From the IMG/VR virus record IMGVR_UViG_3300035701_000001: DNA of 64,000 bases. One strand, written 5' to 3'. Below the pieces are notes generated by a model. That model worked only from the letters and a program-made list of their open reading frames with translations, was not told where the DNA came from and did no database searches. Below are positions 59,398 to 64,000 of the stretch, in pieces (position 1 is the first letter of the stretch; the number at the start of each line of letters is the position of its first letter). Source of the DNA: a virus. A program made the translations under genes and the position numbers.

Positions 59398-61461
59398 GTT
59401 GCAGTGGAGGAACTGAGGTTTGATCTGCTGTAGCGCTCCTGGACACATCGACTTGCTGGCCGAGTTTCCAGGTTGCAGTGGAGGAACTGAGGTTTGATCT
59501 GCTGTAGCGCTCCTGGACACATCGACTTGCTGGCCGAGTTTCCAGGTTGCAGTGGAGGAACTGAGGTTTGATCTGCTGTAGCAAAAGACCGAACGTCCGG
59601 TCGAGACCAGCAATCCAAGTTGCAGTGGAAGGACTGAGGTTTGATCTGCTGTAGCATGATACAGCGCACGACCTATGCGCCCTTCGCGTCGTTGCAGTGG
59701 AAGGACTGAGGTTTGATCTGCTGTAGCATGCCCTGTCTGTCGGGAACGGATCCGTTGTACAGGCGTTGCAGTGGAAGGACTGAGGTTTGATCTGCTGTAG
59801 CCTACCAGCGGTCCGCCGGGATCACGGCGTCGGATCTGGTTGCAGTGGAGGAACTGAGGTTTGATCTGCTGTAGCCGCCCAAGTTCCGCTATCTCTCTCA
59901 GCACGTTCCGGGTTGCAGTGGAGGAACTGAGGTTGGATCTGCTGTAGCGCAGAGCTACTCCGTGAGTCCACGTCTCGCCCACTTGTTACAGTAGAGGAAC
60001 TGAGGTTTGATCTGCTGTAGCCGGCTCGTCGCCCTCCGCGACCACCTTCTGCACCATGGGTTGCAGTGGAGGAACTGAGGTTTGATCTGCTATAGCCAGG
60101 CCCGCAGTGTCTCCGGGCGGTGGCTAGAAGGCGGTTGCAGTGGAGGAACTGAGATTTGATCTGCTGTAGCAGCACCGGCCACCTGAGAACAGGTCACACT
60201 TCTCGGAGGTTGCAGTAGAGGAACTGAGGTTTGATCTGTTGTAGTTAGAGCGAGCGCGACAGGATGAGCGCGGACCTTTGAGTCGCAATGGAGGAAATGA
60301 AGTTTGATCTGCTGTGGCCCGCAATCTCGCTCGCTGTCCGAGCAATTTCCGGTGGTTTCAGTGGAGGAACTTAGGTTTGATTTGCTGTAGTTCCACGCGC
60401 GGACGCTACGCTGGGGCTGGCAGGTGAAATCGCAGTGAAGAAACTGAGGTTTGATCTGCTGTAATGACCCGGATACGCCCGCGTCCAATGCCAGTTCTGT
60501 GGTCGCAGTGGAAAAACTGAGGTTTGATCTGCTGTAATGACTTCCGGACGACCTTCTCTTCTGCAGATGATCAGTTGCAATGGAGGAACTTGGGTTTTAT
60601 CCGCTGTAGCAGGTACTCCGCTGCTTCATAGGTTTGATTCGCTGTAGCTTGGCGAGCGGAGGCTTCTTGTCAGGAAGATGAAGGAATCGCAATGGAGAAA
60701 CTTAGGTTTGTTCTACTGTAGTCTCGACCGTCTACCTTATGAGAGACCCTGTCATCGGTTGTAGTAGATGAATTGAGGTTTGATCCTCTGTAGCACTCGA
60801 ACTGACCATGGAAAAGTTGAGGTTTGATCTGCTGTAGCGAGGGTCCTCGATCCAAATCCAAAGGTCCTACCTTGTCACAATGGAAAAATTGAGGTTTGAT
60901 CCTCTGTAGCGGTGGAGCGACGTTGAGAGTTGGTTCCGCGAGCGCTTCGCAATAGAGAAATTGAGGTTTGATCCGTTGTAGCCGCAAGCCCGGTGACCAT
61001 CTGCCTGGTAAAATCGTGATTGCAGTAGAAAAGTTGAGGTTTGTTCCGCTGTAGTGCGGCTGCGGTCAACGGCAGGGGTTCCGTGGACATCGTTGCAGTG
61101 GAAAAGTCGAGGTTCGTTCCATTGTAGCAAGAGAAGCTCGAAGAATGGAAGGAGCATCCCGGTGGTTGCAGTGGAAAAGTCGAGGTTTGATCTGCTGTAG
61201 CAAGCCGTTCACCGGGGAACAGTCCTGGTATGGGGTCGGATATCTGAACCTCGTGATGTCCCATCGAATTGCAGGGGAAGAATTGAGGTTGGATCCACTG
61301 TAACATTGCCTGCCACGTTTCACAGGTAGAGGTCGATTGTCGTTGAGATGGAGGAAGGAAAGTCAGATCTGCTGTAGTGCGGCCCCCGTGCTGCCCCATG
61401 AAGTTCCTTGTGCCTGCCAAAGAGGTCAAGGGGGAAAAACATAGGTTGGATCCGCTGTAAT
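59398..61461 (+). CRISPR. CRISPR array: 29 repeats (2 truncated), 28 spacers; consensus GTTGCAGTGGAGGAACTGAGGTTTGATCTGCTGTAGC (37 nt)
   Basis: Regular spacers of mostly 35-38 nt; degeneration increases rightwards, so the leader is on the left; terminal 7-bp pairing needs G-U pairs, favouring + strand transcription. Confidence 0.97.
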
Positions 61462-61537
61462 GAGCCGATATCCCGGCGTCTGCTGATGTTTGGAGTGGGC
61501 ATGCCCATGCATGACCTGTATTTGACGAGGAGAAACC

Positions 61538-62356
61538 ATGGCTCATGTGACCTGGGTGGTTGAGACAGGCATTGAGCCTGCCTATGAAAAGGTTCTCCTG
61601 AAGTCTATTCAGAAAACCGGTTCGAAAGCCTTCGTTCGCAAGGTGCTACCGTTCGGGGAGGGGATGCTCGATCCTCCGGATCTTTCGGGGCATGTCGTGT
61701 TCCATGGAAGCCTCCAGGGGGCCCAGTGGGTCCGGGAACATACCGACTGGAAGCCCGGTGCCATCGAAAACACCTCGCAGTTGGAGTGTCGCTACTACTA
61801 CCCCCGGCTTGGACCCAGGCTTCTCAATCGGGAACACACTTTCCTCCCCTTCGGCTGCCTGGAGGAACGCAAGGACGACCTGTTCCGGTGGCTGGGGGAG
61901 GCGGACTGCATCTTCCTTCGCCCGGACTCCAACCGGAAGCCGTTCTCGGGGCAGATCATCCGGAAAGAGCAGTGGAATGAGGATATTGGCCTTGCTTCCT
62001 TTTACGGCGTAGATCCCGAGGTGATGGTGGTCGTGGCCCGACCTCAGGTGGTTCGGGCCGAATGGCGGTTCTTCGTGTGCCGGGGGCAGGTAGTCACGGG
62101 CTCCTGCTACCGTCGGGGGGACCAGCGGGTTCGGAAGCGTGCCGACGAGAAGAGGATGGACGTGGCGAGGAACATGCTCGCGTTTGCCCTGAGCCAGGGG
62201 TATGACCCCGACCCCGTGTGGGTACTGGACATCTGCGAGGACGGAGCAGGGGAGTACCGCATCTTGGAGGTGGGCGGTTTCTCCAGTGCCGGGCTCTATG
62301 CCTGCAACACCCACCTCCTGGTGCAGGCGGTCGAGGTCGCAGTCACGCAGCCTTGA
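61538..62356 (+). CDS. ATP-grasp domain protein, R2K clade (DUF4343-like)
   Basis: VFHGSL, IFLRP.S..K.FSGQ, EWRFFV..GQVVTGS.Y, VLDICE..ILEVG.FSSAGLY. Confidence 0.8.
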   Translation: MAHVTWVVETGIEPAYEKVLLKSIQKTGSKAFVRKVLPFGEGMLDPPDLSGHVVFHGSLQGAQWVREHTDWKPGAIENTSQLECRYYYPRLGPRLLNREHTFLPFGCLEERKDDLFRWLGEADCIFLRPDSNRKPFSGQIIRKEQWNEDIGLASFYGVDPEVMVVVARPQVVRAEWRFFVCRGQVVTGSCYRRGDQRVRKRADEKRMDVARNMLAFALSQGYDPDPVWVLDICEDGAGEYRILEVGGFSSAGLYACNTHLLVQAVEVAVTQP

Positions 62357-62921
62357 ACGTCTCCGTGTAGAGGTCCAGCAGTTCCCGGTTCGCCAGGGAC
62401 GCCATCATCCGAGACTCGGGGATCTCATCCTCGGGGTACTGATCGACATACCACCTGTCCCATGTTCGGTAGAACTTCCCACCAAATCCGAGCCAACCGC
62501 AGAAGCGGTACTCGTTCCCGTTCTTCTCCTGCGTGAGCCAGTCAACGAAGGACGCCCGGTCATGGGTGGGCTCCTTTCCCAGGCAGTTGCGGACGATGAT
62601 GTCGTACACCTTGTTCGCAACCTCGGGGGTGACGGTGAGAACCCTGTGGGTGTTGCGGGGCATGGCCACCCACTTTGCACAGGTTTCCTGGTTGATGGCT
62701 GCCACCAGCGGGTCGAGGCTGTACGCCAGGTAGGCATCCACTGCCCTCTTTCGGGTCTTGAACGGACCGAGTTTTTTCTGGGTGGTGAGCAGGATGAACC
62801 ACCCCTCTTCCTCCTTGTCGATCCAGCAGAGGTTTCGGAAGTTTGTGTCCACAGGTCCTTTGTAGAGGGCAGCGTAGGTTCCCTTTTCGATTTTCTTGAA
62901 CTTGTACGTTCCAAGGATCAT
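62343..62921 (-). CDS. hypothetical phage protein
   Basis: EYRFCGWLGFGGKFY...YVDQYPED motif; 192 aa. Confidence 0.7.
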   Translation of the reverse strand: MILGTYKFKKIEKGTYAALYKGPVDTNFRNLCWIDKEEEGWFILLTTQKKLGPFKTRKRAVDAYLAYSLDPLVAAINQETCAKWVAMPRNTHRVLTVTPEVANKVYDIIVRNCLGKEPTHDRASFVDWLTQEKNGNEYRFCGWLGFGGKFYRTWDRWYVDQYPEDEIPESRMMASLANRELLDLYTETFKAA

Positions 62922-62966
62922 GTCTGCCTGGTTTCGGAAAGTTGATGAAACTTCCCAGGCGTCCTT

Positions 62967-63998
62967 TCATTCGCCATTGGCATCCGACCGCTTTGCAGCA
63001 GTTGGATGACGGGATTGACCAGTTGTAGATCCCGATTCACCCCCAGGAATCTCGCCTGAGTTATCCCCTGTGCCAGCAGGATTGCTGGAGCCAGAGACAG
63101 GGCTGTGAGCCCGGCTATTCTTCGGACGAAGGAACGAGTCCTTCATCCACGACCACGCCTTCGGCTTGAGTGCATGGTTACGGGATCTTGCTTCCAGCTT
63201 CACCCGTGACCCACCCCGGCCTTGGAGCGTGTCCGTAAACGTCTGTCTCTCCTTGATTTCCATTCCACGACGAGCGATCACGAGGGCCGCCGCTGTGTGA
63301 CGATTCAAGGAGTACATACCGGCGTACTTGAGGAGACCGAGAACCGACGTGAACGCCGGATTGACTTCGATGGCCTCGACGCCCTCACTTGCTGCCCTGG
63401 ACTTGATGGCGTCCAGTATCCTCCTGTGGAGGAAGTTGTGCTTCATCCTCTGGAACTTCGCCCCACGCTGCTTCCCGCCCCAGAACCGCAACTCCTCCAA
63501 GACAAGGGGCTTGCGAACCTTCACCGCATAGTCCACCACCTGGATAGCAAGCTGCCGAACGTCGTAGGTCCGCTTGCCCTCACAGGCGAACTGAATGCGC
63601 TGCTCTTTCTCGTACCGATGGTCCAGGAGATTCCCGTCGGAGTTGACCTCAACCAGGGCCACTCCATCAGGATTGCAGTCCACCCCGATTGTCCCGTTGG
63701 AAGGGGAGGTCGTGATGACATGTGGAGCCAATTCGTCCCAGGATATCGAGACCTTGAACTTGTCCTCTCCCACCCACTTCAGGCGAACATCGTAGCAGGA
63801 CCAGTTCGGCTTGAATTTTGCGGGCATCCAAAACTTGCCCTCGATCCACAGCCCCCGTGCAGCCGGGTCATTGATGAGAATCTTGTCCTTCACGACACGG
63901 ATGTTGGGATTGCCCTTCTTGGTCTTGTCCCCTCGGCTGTAAAGAAGGGAGTTCCGACGCTGCTGCCAGTCTTCTTTGGCTAGCTCCCCAGACTGGAA
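62967..63998 (-). CDS. IS200/IS605-family TnpB-related protein lacking the Zn finger; 5' end outside the window
   Basis: Frame open to the window end (WQQRRNSLLYSRGDKTKKGNPNIR); IGVDCN (D), VLEEL (E), VNPAFTSVLG..KY, NRHTAAALVIARRG. Confidence 0.85.
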   Translation of the reverse strand, partial: FQSGELAKEDWQQRRNSLLYSRGDKTKKGNPNIRVVKDKILINDPAARGLWIEGKFWMPAKFKPNWSCYDVRLKWVGEDKFKVSISWDELAPHVITTSPSNGTIGVDCNPDGVALVEVNSDGNLLDHRYEKEQRIQFACEGKRTYDVRQLAIQVVDYAVKVRKPLVLEELRFWGGKQRGAKFQRMKHNFLHRRILDAIKSRAASEGVEAIEVNPAFTSVLGLLKYAGMYSLNRHTAAALVIARRGMEIKERQTFTDTLQGRGGSRVKLEARSRNHALKPKAWSWMKDSFLRPKNSRAHSPVSGSSNPAGTGDNSGEIPGGESGSTTGQSRHPTAAKRSDANGE

Positions 63999-64000
63999 GT

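Noticed and set aside
59435-61424. Self-targeting spacers
   Set aside because: No match to this window was spotted by eye. An exhaustive search was not possible, so this is unresolved rather than excluded.
59103-61546. ORFs in the track spanning the CRISPR array
   Set aside because: They are translations of repeats (LQQIKPQF, YSRSNLSS periodicity).
1-64000. Alternative genetic code (stop-codon reassignment)
   Set aside because: Recognisable genes (dnaE, thyX, tnpA, tnpB, HNH) are full length in code 11 and end at TGA, TAG or TAA with tight coupling.

Overview
This 64-kb window of about 58% GC looks like part of a large (jumbo-type) phage or similar mobile replicon rather than a cellular chromosome. 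It is dense with short hypothetical ORFs and has no rRNA or ribosomal-protein genes. Replication and nucleotide genes: DnaE, a DEDDh exonuclease, a RuvC-like resolvase, ThyX and a DUF3310 fusion. Also present are two cell-wall hydrolases that share a C-terminal module, and an IS607 element. The right half is an RNA-rich island: a tmRNA interrupted in its T-loop by an ORF-less group I intron, followed by a freestanding Vsr/DUF559-type endonuclease; about 42 intact-looking tRNAs covering all 20 amino acids; and several unexplained structured RNAs. The highlight is at 57.6-61.5 kb. It is a compact CRISPR locus made of a 443-aa Cas12f1-like protein lacking all three RuvC catalytic residues, a putative tracrRNA with a clear anti-repeat, and a 29-repeat array whose degeneration preserves tracr pairing. 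No cas1, cas2 or sigma factor is adjacent. The effector gene sits behind a copy of a palindromic promoter/operator (TGACAC-N5-GTGTCA) that recurs about ten times across the window. All family calls come from motif recognition by eye; no database searches were run.
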